From the NCBI GenBank assembly GCA_910586045.1, contig CAJUIH010000002.1:6711-70710 (forward strand): DNA of 64,000 nucleotides. Reading direction: 5' to 3'. The DNA is from an uncultured Eubacterium sp. (lineage in GTDB: Bacteria; Bacillota; Clostridia; Lachnospirales; Lachnospiraceae). A model generated the notes under the pieces. The model saw only the letters and a list, made by a program, of their open reading frames with translations, was not told the origin of the DNA and ran no database searches. Positions 19,116 to 31,460 of the stretch are shown piece by piece. Numbering within the stretch: the stretch's first letter is position 1; every line of letters starts with the position of its first letter. The position numbers were made by a program, and so were the translations under genes.

Positions 19116-20378
19116 TTAAGCGCTTTTATATTCAATCAGCGGCTGTCCGCTCTGATTTACTGCGTCTTTTGTGATCGTACATTTACGGATCGTTTCATCC
19201 GATGGAATACGGTACATCAAATCCATAAGCGTGCTTTCCATAATTGCACGCAGCCCTCTGGCCCCTGTTTTGCGTTCCAGTGACTTATCCGCGATCGCTT
19301 CCACTGCATCCTCATGAAATTCCAATTCAATGCCGTCGATCTCAAATAATTTCCGATACTGCTTAATCAGGGAATTTTTCGGCTCGATCAGGATACGCTT
19401 TAACGCTGTTTTATCCAAAGAATCAAGGGATACCATTACCGGCACTCGTCCTACAAACTCCGGAATCAGCCCAAATTTTACCAGATCCTGGGGCATCGTC
19501 TGCTTTAACGCTTCTCCCACGCTTTTTTCTGATATTTCGGAAATCTCCGCGTTAAACCCGATGGATTTTTGATCCATCCTGGTTTCGATAATCTTTTCCA
19601 GCCCGTCAAAAGCACCGCCGCAGATAAACAGGATATTCGTCGTATCAATCTGGATCAGTTCCTGCTGCGGATGTTTCCTGCCGCCCTGCGGCGGTACGGA
19701 CGCGTTCGTCCCTTCGAGGATTTTTAAAAGCGCCTGCTGCACGCCTTCGCCGGATACATCCCTTGTGATCGATACATTTTCCGATTTTTTTGTAATCTTA
19801 TCGATTTCATCAATATAGATAATCCCGCACTGCGCCCGTTCAATATCGTATTCCGCCGCCTGGATCAGCTTGAGCAGTATATTTTCCACATCTTCGCCGA
19901 CATAACCTGCTTCTGTCAATGTCGTTGCATCCGCAATCGCAAACGGAACATTCAAAATCCTGGCCAATGTCTGCGCCAGCAGGGTTTTGCCGGAACCGGT
20001 CGGGCCAAGCATCAATATATTGCTTTTCTGCAGTTCTACGTCATCCATATCCGTTTCGGCCAAAATCCGCTTGTAATGGTTATATACAGACACAGACAGT
20101 ACTTTCTTCGCTTCGTCCTGTCCGATTACATAATCGTCCAGAAAAGACTTGAGCTTTTCCGGTTTCTGCAGATTGATTTCAAACGGCGTATCAATCACAT
20201 CGTCCTGCAGGTCAACCTCTTCGCGGGCAAGTTCTTCATCAATAATCTCCGAGCAGATGTCCACGCATTCATCACAAATAAACGCCCCATTGGGCCCGGC
20301 AATCAGCTTTCGAACCTGCTCCTGCGATTTTCCGCAGAATGAACACCTCACCTTGCTGTCGCTGTTTTTGCCTGCCAT
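19116..20378 (-). CDS. clpX: ATP-dependent Clp protease ATP-binding subunit ClpX
   Basis: N-terminal zinc finger CSFCGK…CDEC, Walker A GPTGSGKT, and IGF-like loop. Confidence 0.95.
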   Translation of the reverse strand: MAGKNSDSKVRCSFCGKSQEQVRKLIAGPNGAFICDECVDICSEIIDEELAREEVDLQDDVIDTPFEINLQKPEKLKSFLDDYVIGQDEAKKVLSVSVYNHYKRILAETDMDDVELQKSNILMLGPTGSGKTLLAQTLARILNVPFAIADATTLTEAGYVGEDVENILLKLIQAAEYDIERAQCGIIYIDEIDKITKKSENVSITRDVSGEGVQQALLKILEGTNASVPPQGGRKHPQQELIQIDTTNILFICGGAFDGLEKIIETRMDQKSIGFNAEISEISEKSVGEALKQTMPQDLVKFGLIPEFVGRVPVMVSLDSLDKTALKRILIEPKNSLIKQYRKLFEIDGIELEFHEDAVEAIADKSLERKTGARGLRAIMESTLMDLMYRIPSDETIRKCTITKDAVNQSGQPLIEYKSA

Positions 20379-20430
20379 TCTTTCACCCCTCTTTAGATAA
20401 AAATAATAACTTTAAAAAACAACACATTTC

Positions 20431-21021
20431 CTACTCACGGCTGCGGTTTGTAACAATGCTGTCGATCAATCCGTAATCCAATGCTTCTTTCGCATCCATA
20501 AAATGATCCCGTTCCGTATCCTGCGCCACAACTTCTACCGGCTTGCCTGTATTTGCCGCCAGCATCTCGTTCAATTTCTTTTTTGTTTTCAAAATATTTT
20601 CCGCCGCAATCTGGATCTCGGTCGCCTGCCCTCTGGCCCCGCCGGACGGCTGATGGATCATAATCTCGGCATTCGGCAGAGCCATACGCTTGCCCTTTGC
20701 GCCGCCAGCCAGCAAAAACGCGCCCATGCTCGCTGCCATTCCGATACAAATGGTAGAAACATCGCATTTAATATACTGCATCGTATCATAAATTGCAAGC
20801 CCTGCCGTTACCACTCCGCCTGGAGAATTAATATAAAGATGGATATCCTTTCCAGGGTCTTCCGATTCCAGGAATAACAACTGTGCAACGACGATGCTGG
20901 CAGACGTTTCGTTTACTTCCTCGCCGAGAAAAATAATCCGGTCTTTTAATAAACGGGAATATATATCATAACTGCGTTCACCCCTGCTCGTCTGTTCTAC
21001 GACATAAGGTATTAAACTCAT
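20431..21021 (-). CDS. clpP: ATP-dependent Clp protease proteolytic subunit
   Basis: Canonical ClpP sequence ([18 protein letters not shown]…[11 protein letters not shown]…IMIHQP). Confidence 0.95.
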   Translation of the reverse strand: MSLIPYVVEQTSRGERSYDIYSRLLKDRIIFLGEEVNETSASIVVAQLLFLESEDPGKDIHLYINSPGGVVTAGLAIYDTMQYIKCDVSTICIGMAASMGAFLLAGGAKGKRMALPNAEIMIHQPSGGARGQATEIQIAAENILKTKKKLNEMLAANTGKPVEVVAQDTERDHFMDAKEALDYGLIDSIVTNRSRE

Positions 21022-21066
21022 AAATCATCCTCCATCCAGTTTTTTAGCAATTGTGCGATACGGCTA

Positions 21067-22383
21067 TTACTCTGCGGACTCTTCCGCGGCAGGCGCTTCT
21101 ACTTCCTGTACGCTGGACATAATAATTTCGACCGCTTTTTCTACGGAAAGGTTGCGTTTCATCGCTTCCAGGTCTTCCGTGCTGATATGTTCCTTCATCT
21201 TTTCGCCGGTCATCCCGTAAGCCGCCGCCATCTTGCCGATCTGTTCATCCACTTCTTCTTCCGAAACTTCGATGTGCTCTTGTTTTGCGATCTGTTCCAG
21301 CACAAGGCTGCTCTGGATCCTCTGCACCGCATCCGGCCGTACCTGTTCTTTCATTTTGTCAATCGTAGCGCCGGAAAACTGCATATACTGATCCAGGGTC
21401 AGGCCCTGGCGTGTAATACGTTCGGAAAATTCCTGTACCAGGTTTTCACACTGCAGTTCTATCATCGGTTCCGGAATATCCATCTGCGAACTGTCAATGA
21501 CCTGCTGCACCGCTTCGTCCTCCTGCGCGCGTTTTGCGCTGTCCTGCTTGCGCTTTGTCAACATTTCGCGGATTTCCTGCTTATATTCGTCCACGGTTTC
21601 TTTTTCGGATACCATGGAAACAAACTCATCGTCCAACTGCGGTATTTCTTTTGTTTTTACGGAATGGATCTTTACTTTGAATAATGCCGGTTTTCCAGCC
21701 AGTTCTTTTGCATGGTATTCCTGCGGGAACGTCACGTTGACTTCTACCTCGTCCCCGGCATTATGCCCTACCAACTGGTCTTCAAACGTATCTATAAAAG
21801 AATGGGAGCCGATTTCCAGCGGCTGGTTCTCACCCTTTCCTCCCTCAAACGGTTCTCCGTCCGCAAACCCTTCAAAATCAATGACTGCCGTATCACCCTG
21901 TTCGATTGCCCGGTCCGTCACATCGACCGTACGTGCCTGCATATTTCTGACACGTTCTATTTCCGCGTCGACCTCTTCATCCGTTACGGATACTTCCGCT
22001 TTTGTAACAGTCAGGCCCTTATATTCGCCAAGTACAACGGACGGCTTTACCGCTACCTGCGCCACAAATACAAAGTCTTTGCCCTTTTCAATCTGTGTCA
22101 CTTCAATATCCGGGCGTGACACGATATCCAGCTCGCTTTCATCCATTGCAGCCGGATATTCCACATTAATGATCGTATTTGCCGCATCATCATAAAAAAC
22201 TTCCGGCCCATAAACCTTTTCAATCATCGCCCGCGGTACTTTGCCTTTACGGAATCCTGGAATACGGATTTTGTTTTTCTGCCTATTGTAAGCTTCCTGT
22301 ATCGCCTTTTCAAACTTATCAGCGGAAACCGTAACCGTAAGCTTTGCCATGTTTTTTTCTAATGTTTCGACCTGTACACTCAT
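21067..22383 (-). CDS. tig: trigger factor
   Basis: N-terminal ribosome-binding GFRKGKVP motif, an FKBP-type PPIase middle domain and a C-terminal domain. Confidence 0.95.
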   Translation of the reverse strand: MSVQVETLEKNMAKLTVTVSADKFEKAIQEAYNRQKNKIRIPGFRKGKVPRAMIEKVYGPEVFYDDAANTIINVEYPAAMDESELDIVSRPDIEVTQIEKGKDFVFVAQVAVKPSVVLGEYKGLTVTKAEVSVTDEEVDAEIERVRNMQARTVDVTDRAIEQGDTAVIDFEGFADGEPFEGGKGENQPLEIGSHSFIDTFEDQLVGHNAGDEVEVNVTFPQEYHAKELAGKPALFKVKIHSVKTKEIPQLDDEFVSMVSEKETVDEYKQEIREMLTKRKQDSAKRAQEDEAVQQVIDSSQMDIPEPMIELQCENLVQEFSERITRQGLTLDQYMQFSGATIDKMKEQVRPDAVQRIQSSLVLEQIAKQEHIEVSEEEVDEQIGKMAAAYGMTGEKMKEHISTEDLEAMKRNLSVEKAVEIIMSSVQEVEAPAAEESAE

Positions 22384-22468
22384 TCTTTTATTTCCTCCTT
22401 AAAGCTTGTAAGAAATCCGCGGTGCGGTTTCTTTAGCTGTGATTTCAGCTATTTACAGTCATTTATAG

Positions 22469-22497
22469 ATTATAGCACAGAGTATTTTAAATTACCA
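22469..22497 (-). promoter_or_regulatory. candidate extended -10 promoter of tig
   Basis: On the minus strand, TGGTAA (22497-22492), a 17-nt spacer, then TGcTATAAT (-10 at 22474-22469), about 85 nt upstream of tig. Confidence 0.5.
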
Positions 22498-22563
22498 GTA
22501 TTTTTTTTAGGAATTGGGCGTTGTTTTGGCCTTGGGCGGTTTTTCGTTACGGCTTCGCGCACG

Positions 22564-22796
22564 CCTGGGGAGGGGGCTTTTTCATGCGGCTGTGACTCTC
22601 CGTAAAGCAAGAAGTTCTAAGTTTTCTGCATATTCGATTGTAAAACCGGACGGACCGGGCCTGCACCCGCCTTCCGTGGCGGGCAGGCCCTTTTGGGGAC
22701 ATCCGTGTCCCAAAATCCTGTGTACCGAGCAGAAAACTAAGAACTTCTACGCTTTTCTCCAAAGTCACAGCCGCAGGAAAAAGCCCCCTACCCAGG
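22564..22796 (-). repeat. long-hairpin repeat, subfamily 1, copy A (core inverted relative to copies B and E)
   Basis: The arms are complementary end to end: cctggggagggggcttttt…ttctaagttttctgc pairs with gcagaaaactaagaa…aaaaagccccctacccagg. The core matches copies B and E when reverse-complemented. Confidence 0.85.
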
Positions 22797-22830
22797 CTGA
22801 CAGGAATAAACGATACGTTTTTATTATTTT

Positions 22831-24299
22831 ACACCAGTTTACAACTTTTTACAAAAATAAAAATACAAACCCATCTTTTCATTGTATAATTTAAGCGTCC
22901 AAACAAAAAAATACGAAAGAAGATGAGTTTGTATCTACCGCTTATTATACATGAAAAATTCTGTCCTGGACAGACTGAAAAATTATTTTAATGAATATTT
23001 TTCGGATGCAACGAAACCCACTGCAAGGAATCTGTTCCTTATCGTTGTTTCCATACTGGCGCTGGACATTTTCCGTTCGGTACGCTTCGCCCACAGGCAT
23101 GTGCTTTCAAAAATTTCAGACACATCGCTGAATGCGTATTACTATGCGCTTAAAACTAACAGGCTGGATCATGAATCCTGGAGGGATGTGACATTATCAA
23201 AAGCATTAAAGGCTGTGCCGGAGCAGCTGGCTGCACAGCCCCTGTTCCTTTCCGTTGATGACACGATGGTGGAAAAGGAAGGTAAAAAATTCGAACTCCG
23301 CTCAAAGCTTTTGACCATGCCGCGCATAATGGTTCCAATTACCTGAATGGACACTGTATGGTAAGCATTCTGCTGTCATTCCCGGTCTTGGCGGACAGTT
23401 CCATGCGTTACCTGTCTGTCCCTCTTGGGTACCGGCTCTGGGACAAAAAACAGACAAAGCTGGAAATTGCCGCCGAAATGGTGCGGCATGCTGTGGACAG
23501 CATCGGTTCAGACAGGCAGGTGTTCCTGCTCTGCGACATCTGGTATCCGAAAGGATGTGTTGCAGGCCTTGTGGACGAATATGAAAACCTCGACATCATA
23601 TGCAATGCCAGAATAGATACAGTCATGTATGACTTTCCGCCGGAACGCACAGGGAAACGGGGCCGTCCAAAGAAATACGGTGAACGCCTGTCGCCGGAAG
23701 ATTTCGTGCTTGAATCCCCAAAAACCGGGGACTGAAAGATCGGCGTGCGCCCGATGCTGACCAGGCTCTGGAGCGGGCGTGTGGTCTATGCCGCTGTCAC
23801 GCTCCCGAAAAGCGGGAATGGAAGCCGCAGGCTTTTCTTCTGCACAAAAAATCCGGAAAGCATCATTCTGGACTACAGTAACTGCGAAGACGAAACAATC
23901 CGCGGCTATGGGGAAGAAAATGAAAAATTTCTCCCTGTCGCCTGTTACTCGCCGCGCTGTAACATTGAGGTGTCGTATTATGAAAGCAAGACTTTCTGGT
24001 CACTGGAGGAATACCGTGTACGCAGCCGTGAAAGTATTGAACGCCTGGTAAATTTAGAGTGTATAGCTTACAGTGCCATGACACTGCTCCCATACATTGA
24101 TGAATCCTTTTCGTGCTACAAGTCTTTGGGCGCACAGGAAACTAAGTTTGGCATTGGACAGCAGATTCAGGCAAGTATAATATTCAGCAGTTTCGTAGAA
24201 TCCCTCGAAACTGTAAAAAAAGCGCAGTCATTTATTAAAATATATAGAAGGCTACGTTTTATCAGGGTTCAAAAAAATCCAAAAGTTGTAAACTGGTGT
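22831..24299 (+). mobile_element. decayed IS element (IS4/IS701-like DDE transposase)
   Basis: 19-bp perfect terminal inverted repeats acaccagtttacaactttt (22831-22849 and the reverse complement of 24281-24299). 8-bp direct repeats attatttt at 22823-22830 and 24300-24307. Confidence 0.8.
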
Positions 24300-24320
24300 A
24301 TTATTTTATATATTCGGTGA
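22951..24320 (+). pseudogene. IS transposase gene inactivated by one frameshift and one in-frame stop
   Basis: Three consecutive ORFs (22951-23346, 23358-23735, 23745-24320). The frame shifts around 23300-23315 (…ELRSKL then …FDHAAHNGSNYLNGHCMVS continues in another frame). ORF2 and ORF3 share a frame and are separated by TGA 23733-23735. Confidence 0.8.
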
Positions 24321-24400
24321 TTAAATACTGCACAATAAACCCGATAAACGGCGGGCCAGAAACAAATGATATTGTGCTGAAATTTTACGCCGTTTATATA
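24307..24400 (+). repeat. 94-nt repeat element, copy 2
   Basis: Near-identical to 11381-11474 (reverse complement) and 35954-36047. It starts at the last base of the IS target duplication. Confidence 0.85.
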
Positions 24401-24694
24401 GGTCTATACAGCTTCTACATAAAGTAATGAAAATGCTTTTACATGGGAAATCTTAACCTTTGACTAAATTGCTGAAGCATTATAAAGACTAAACAAACGA
24501 AACAGATCTTTTATTTATTCTCTTTTCATCGATTTTTTGAAAGTTTTTCAACTGGTTTACCAATACTCGTATATTTTGTGTTATCATGTTTTATATGAAT
24601 TTGGTTTCCTTTTATTTGTCCATGTTTATAAATGGAACCGTTCACTTTTCAAAAATTATTAAATTGCAATTAATATTGACAAAGGAGAAAAAAC

Positions 24695-25294
24695 ATGACA
24701 AAAACAGTTTTATTCGTAATTTTACAGCAATATGCAGATTGGGAAGCTGCCTATATTTCATCTGCAATTTCTATGTTAGGACAAGGTAACTATGAGATCA
24801 AAACAGTATCTTTATCCAAAGAATACATACAGTCAATCGGTGGATTCAAGGTGATGCCAGACTATGATATTGCATCTGTTCCAGATGATTATGAGGCTCT
24901 TATTCTAATTGGAGGCATGACGTGGAGAAGCGAAAATACACAGCCAATTAAGGGACTGGTAAAGGATTGTTTTGAAAAAGGGAGATTATTAGGCGGAATA
25001 TGTGACGCTTCTGCATTTTTGGGGACAGTAGGTATACTAAATAATGTAGTTCATACAAGTAATGATTTGAATGATTTAAAGCAATGGGCAGGGGCTAATT
25101 ACACCGGAGAAGCCAATTATATTGCGAAGCAGGCAGTCTGCAATAAAAATGTAATAACAGCGAATGGTACCGCACCTTTAGAATTTGCAAAAGAGATTTT
25201 GCTTGCATTAAATGTGACGGATGAAACAGCAGTCGCTGATTGGTACAACTTCCACAAATTAGGCGTCTATACAGCCCCAATGCCTAAAATGTAA
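24695..25294 (+). CDS. DJ-1/PfpI family (class I glutamine amidotransferase-like) protein
   Basis: AAAGGAG RBS. Nucleophile-elbow motif GGICDASAFLG. The length and pattern match the DJ-1/PfpI fold. Confidence 0.8.
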   Translation: MTKTVLFVILQQYADWEAAYISSAISMLGQGNYEIKTVSLSKEYIQSIGGFKVMPDYDIASVPDDYEALILIGGMTWRSENTQPIKGLVKDCFEKGRLLGGICDASAFLGTVGILNNVVHTSNDLNDLKQWAGANYTGEANYIAKQAVCNKNVITANGTAPLEFAKEILLALNVTDETAVADWYNFHKLGVYTAPMPKM

Positions 25295-25370
25295 ATTCCT
25301 ATTTACAGCGGGGCGCGCCAAGATAAATTATGCTTGTCTATTTTTCCGAACGCACATTGTTTCACTGCCA

Positions 25371-25595
25371 GCCGGAAACGGGGGTCCCTGCGGCTGTGAC
25401 TGCGTAAGAACGTTAGAAGCTCTTAGTATTCTGCTCGTAACCTAGGATTTTCAGGCAAGGATGCCTGAAAAAGGGTCTGTCCGCCACGGACGGCGGATAC
25501 AGACCCGGTCCGTATACAGCCGAAACCAAAATGCAGAATACTTAGAGCTTCTTACGTTCGAAAGCGTCACAGCCGCGGGGACCCCCGTTTCCGGC
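25371..25595 (+). repeat. long-hairpin repeat, subfamily 1, copy B
   Basis: Arms gccggaaacgggggtccctgcggctgtgac… and …gtcacagccgcggggacccccgtttccggc are complementary with one mismatch. It carries the conserved box and apical core. It lies between convergent genes. Confidence 0.85.
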
Positions 25596-25655
25596 GTCCG
25601 CGAAGCCGTACCCTACATTCCCGCTTTCACCGTCCGGGAGGCCGCACCCTATACC

Positions 25656-28766
<3,111 letters not shown>

Positions 28767-29591
28767 CTATGGTTCATTATTTGCATGTAAAACTGCTTCA
28801 TTCATACTCCCGGTCCGGTACCCGTTTAAATCCATCGTCACATATGTAAATCCATACTGCCGCAGACTTTCGGCCACCTGTTCCCGTATTCCGGGTCCTG
28901 CCAGTTTTTTGAAATCCTCCGGCATCACTTCTACGCGCGCCAGACTGCCATGGATGCGTACGCGAAACTGCTGAAATCCCAGCTCATACAGCTTTTGCTC
29001 CGCCTTGTCTACCATGGTTAATTTTTCCTCTGTAATGGTTTCTCCATATACAAAACGGGAAGCAAGACACGCAAACGACTGCTTATCCCAGGTTGCAAGG
29101 CCCATTTGCCTGGAAAGGAGCCGGATTTGCGCCTTGGTCATACCGGATTCGCTAAGCGGGCTTTTGATCCCTAATTCCGCGATCGCCAAACGGCCTGGAC
29201 GGTAATCTTTTTCATCATCCAGATTCGACCCCTCGAGCACGGCATCCATACCTTCTTGTTTTGCAATGTGCAGGATCCGCCCAAACAGTTCCCGCTTACA
29301 TAAATAGCAGCGGTTCGCGGGATTTTGGGCAAACCCCTCGATGCTTAATTCGTCTACCGGTACCAGAATCTGGCGGATGCCGTATTGCCTGCAAAATGCC
29401 GCCGCCTCGTCCGCTTCCCTTTTGGGAAATACGCGGGAGTTTACCGTAACCGCGACAATCCGGTTTTCCAGCGCTTCCTGCGCCGCTTTCAGTAAAAAAG
29501 CGGAATCGACACCGCCGGAAAACGCGACAGCCGCATGGTGGTACTGTTTTAAATGTTGTATAAAAGCTTCCTGTTTTTCCTGTAGTGTCAT
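28767..29591 (-). CDS. larE: LarE-like PP-loop ATP pyrophosphatase / sulfur transferase (three-Cys type)
   Basis: PP-loop AFSGGVDS. Overall collinearity with L. plantarum LarE, including …CLASRFVYG… aligning with …CSVSSRFPYG…. An additional CYLCK pair is present. Confidence 0.75.
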   Translation of the reverse strand: MTLQEKQEAFIQHLKQYHHAAVAFSGGVDSAFLLKAAQEALENRIVAVTVNSRVFPKREADEAAAFCRQYGIRQILVPVDELSIEGFAQNPANRCYLCKRELFGRILHIAKQEGMDAVLEGSNLDDEKDYRPGRLAIAELGIKSPLSESGMTKAQIRLLSRQMGLATWDKQSFACLASRFVYGETITEEKLTMVDKAEQKLYELGFQQFRVRIHGSLARVEVMPEDFKKLAGPGIREQVAESLRQYGFTYVTMDLNGYRTGSMNEAVLHANNEP

Positions 29592-29597
29592 TTCGTC

Positions 29598-30569
29598 TTA
29601 CGGTTCCTTTTTTGCTGTTTTATTTGCATCCGGCAAATCTACGGGCTGTTTTGCGCTGCGGATATACGCGGCCGCGGAAACCGCCGCGTTGGCTCCGTCT
29701 GAGACCGCCGTAATCACCTGGCGCAGCGCCTTGGTACGCACATCCCCCGCGGCGAAAAACCCGGGCGCGGATGTGGACCCCGTTTCATCCGCAATAATAT
29801 AGCCATTTGCGTCCAAATCTACAACCCCTTGCAAATACTGCGTCTGCGGCTGCATACCGACCGCTACAAACGCACCGTCCACGGGAATGGTCCTGCCGTC
29901 CTTTAATTCCAGCGCGGTGACCGTCTGTTCCCCAGAGATTCTGGCCGGTACCGCTTCCGTTATAATTTCCACATTTTCTTTTTCCCGCAACTGCTGCACC
30001 GTCTGCGCAGAACCGCGAAATTCTTTTCTGCGGTGGATCAAATAGACCTTTTCACATAAATCGGACAGATACATGGCGTCCCCCAAAGCCGTATCGCCCC
30101 CGCCGATTACGGCTGTTTCCTTGCCGCGGTAAAACGCGCCGTCGCAGACCGCACAATACGAGACGCCTTTTCCGGTCAGCTCCTGTTCGCCCTCTACTCC
30201 AAGGCGCCGATGCGAGGCCCCCGCACAGTAAATAACCGTTTTAGCCCGGATCGTCCGCCCGTCCGCAACATGTACGGACCAGCCGTCCGCTTCTTTCTCA
30301 AACCCATCCGCCATACCGTCCTGAAACGCTACGCCCATGCCAAGCGCATGCCCGCGGAATGCTTCGCCCAGGTCAAAGCCGTTGATTTCGGGCAGTCCAA
30401 GATAGTTATCCACCTGGTCGCTCTCGGTAATCTGTCCGGTGCCAAGGTATTCTTTTTCCAAAACAAGCGCCTCCAGATTCGCCCTTTTCGCATAAACCGC
30501 CGCGCAAAGCCCCGCAGGCCCGCTTCCAATAATCAGAACGTCCAGGCTTTCCTTTCGATTTTCTTCCAT
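29598..30569 (-). CDS. trxB: thioredoxin-disulfide reductase-like flavoprotein
   Basis: FAD motif IIGSGPAG, redox-active CAVCDG, NADPH motif VIGGGDTA. Confidence 0.85.
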   Translation of the reverse strand: MEENRKESLDVLIIGSGPAGLCAAVYAKRANLEALVLEKEYLGTGQITESDQVDNYLGLPEINGFDLGEAFRGHALGMGVAFQDGMADGFEKEADGWSVHVADGRTIRAKTVIYCAGASHRRLGVEGEQELTGKGVSYCAVCDGAFYRGKETAVIGGGDTALGDAMYLSDLCEKVYLIHRRKEFRGSAQTVQQLREKENVEIITEAVPARISGEQTVTALELKDGRTIPVDGAFVAVGMQPQTQYLQGVVDLDANGYIIADETGSTSAPGFFAAGDVRTKALRQVITAVSDGANAAVSAAAYIRSAKQPVDLPDANKTAKKEP

Positions 30570-30638
30570 TGATTCCCCTTTTTACTCCCTGCTGTCTTGT
30601 AATAACCTATGTGGATATTTTTCCAAAAAGACGGCCTT

Positions 30639-31421
30639 TTATACACTTCCCGGTTTTGTAATAACCGGATGGTCCCCGCAGACTGCGCACTCTGCTGTCC
30701 GTTTCGGCAGGTTTACCGTACGGAAATTCATCGTAAACATATTGCAGGTCAAAAGACGCCCTGTCAGCAGTTCGCCTACGCCGGTCAGATATTTTACAGC
30801 CTCCATCGCCTGTAAACTTCCAATTACCCCGCAGACCATCCCCAGCACGCCCGCCTGTTTTCCGGTCGGCACGGTGCCATCTTTCGGCTGGGTCCTGAAA
30901 ATACAGCGGTAGCACGGTCCCTGGCCCGGCACATAGGTCATAAGCTGTCCCTGAAAACGGATCACCCCCGCATGTACAAACGGCTTCCCCGCAAGGACAC
31001 AGGCGTCATTGATCAAAAACTTCGTCGAAAAATTGTCCGAAGCGTCGATTACGATATCATAATCACTGATTAACTCCATTACATTATCCGCCCCTACCGC
31101 CACCGGATAGGCCCTTACCTGCGTATCCGGATTGATCCAGCGAATGGCTTCCTGCGCAGACTGCACTTTATCTTTTCCAAGATCCCCCATTCCGTGCAGA
31201 ATCTGCCGCTGCAGATTGGACAAATCTACTTTATCCGGGTCTGCGATGCCAATCGTCCCAACGCCGGATCCCGCCAGATACATGGCTGCCGGAGATCCCA
31301 GTCCCCCTGCCCCCACAACCAGTACTTTGGAATGCAGCAGCTTTTCCTGGCCTTGCACATTAATCTCGCCAACCGCGATCTGGCGGACATAACGTTCCTG
31401 TTGTTCCCGTGTTAGTTCCAT
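30639..31421 (-). CDS. HesA/MoeB/ThiF family E1-like adenylyltransferase
   Basis: Rossmann motif VVGAGGLGSP, RQI motif, and two CxxC pairs (CYRC, CAVC). Confidence 0.85.
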   Translation of the reverse strand: MELTREQQERYVRQIAVGEINVQGQEKLLHSKVLVVGAGGLGSPAAMYLAGSGVGTIGIADPDKVDLSNLQRQILHGMGDLGKDKVQSAQEAIRWINPDTQVRAYPVAVGADNVMELISDYDIVIDASDNFSTKFLINDACVLAGKPFVHAGVIRFQGQLMTYVPGQGPCYRCIFRTQPKDGTVPTGKQAGVLGMVCGVIGSLQAMEAVKYLTGVGELLTGRLLTCNMFTMNFRTVNLPKRTAECAVCGDHPVITKPGSV

Positions 31422-31460
31422 ACTAATCCCTCCTGTAATTTTTTAAAACAGTGCTTTCCC

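Noticed and set aside
22514-22894. ORFs reading through the long-hairpin elements (also 22547-22768, 25461-25892, 53044-53670). They give a seemingly conserved peptide: LEVLSFLL..QDF..RM.EKG…
   Set aside because: The similarity follows from nucleotide conservation of the box and core. Copy B has an in-frame TAG at the equivalent position. The variable parts change in the compensatory way expected for stems, not for a protein. None has an RBS.
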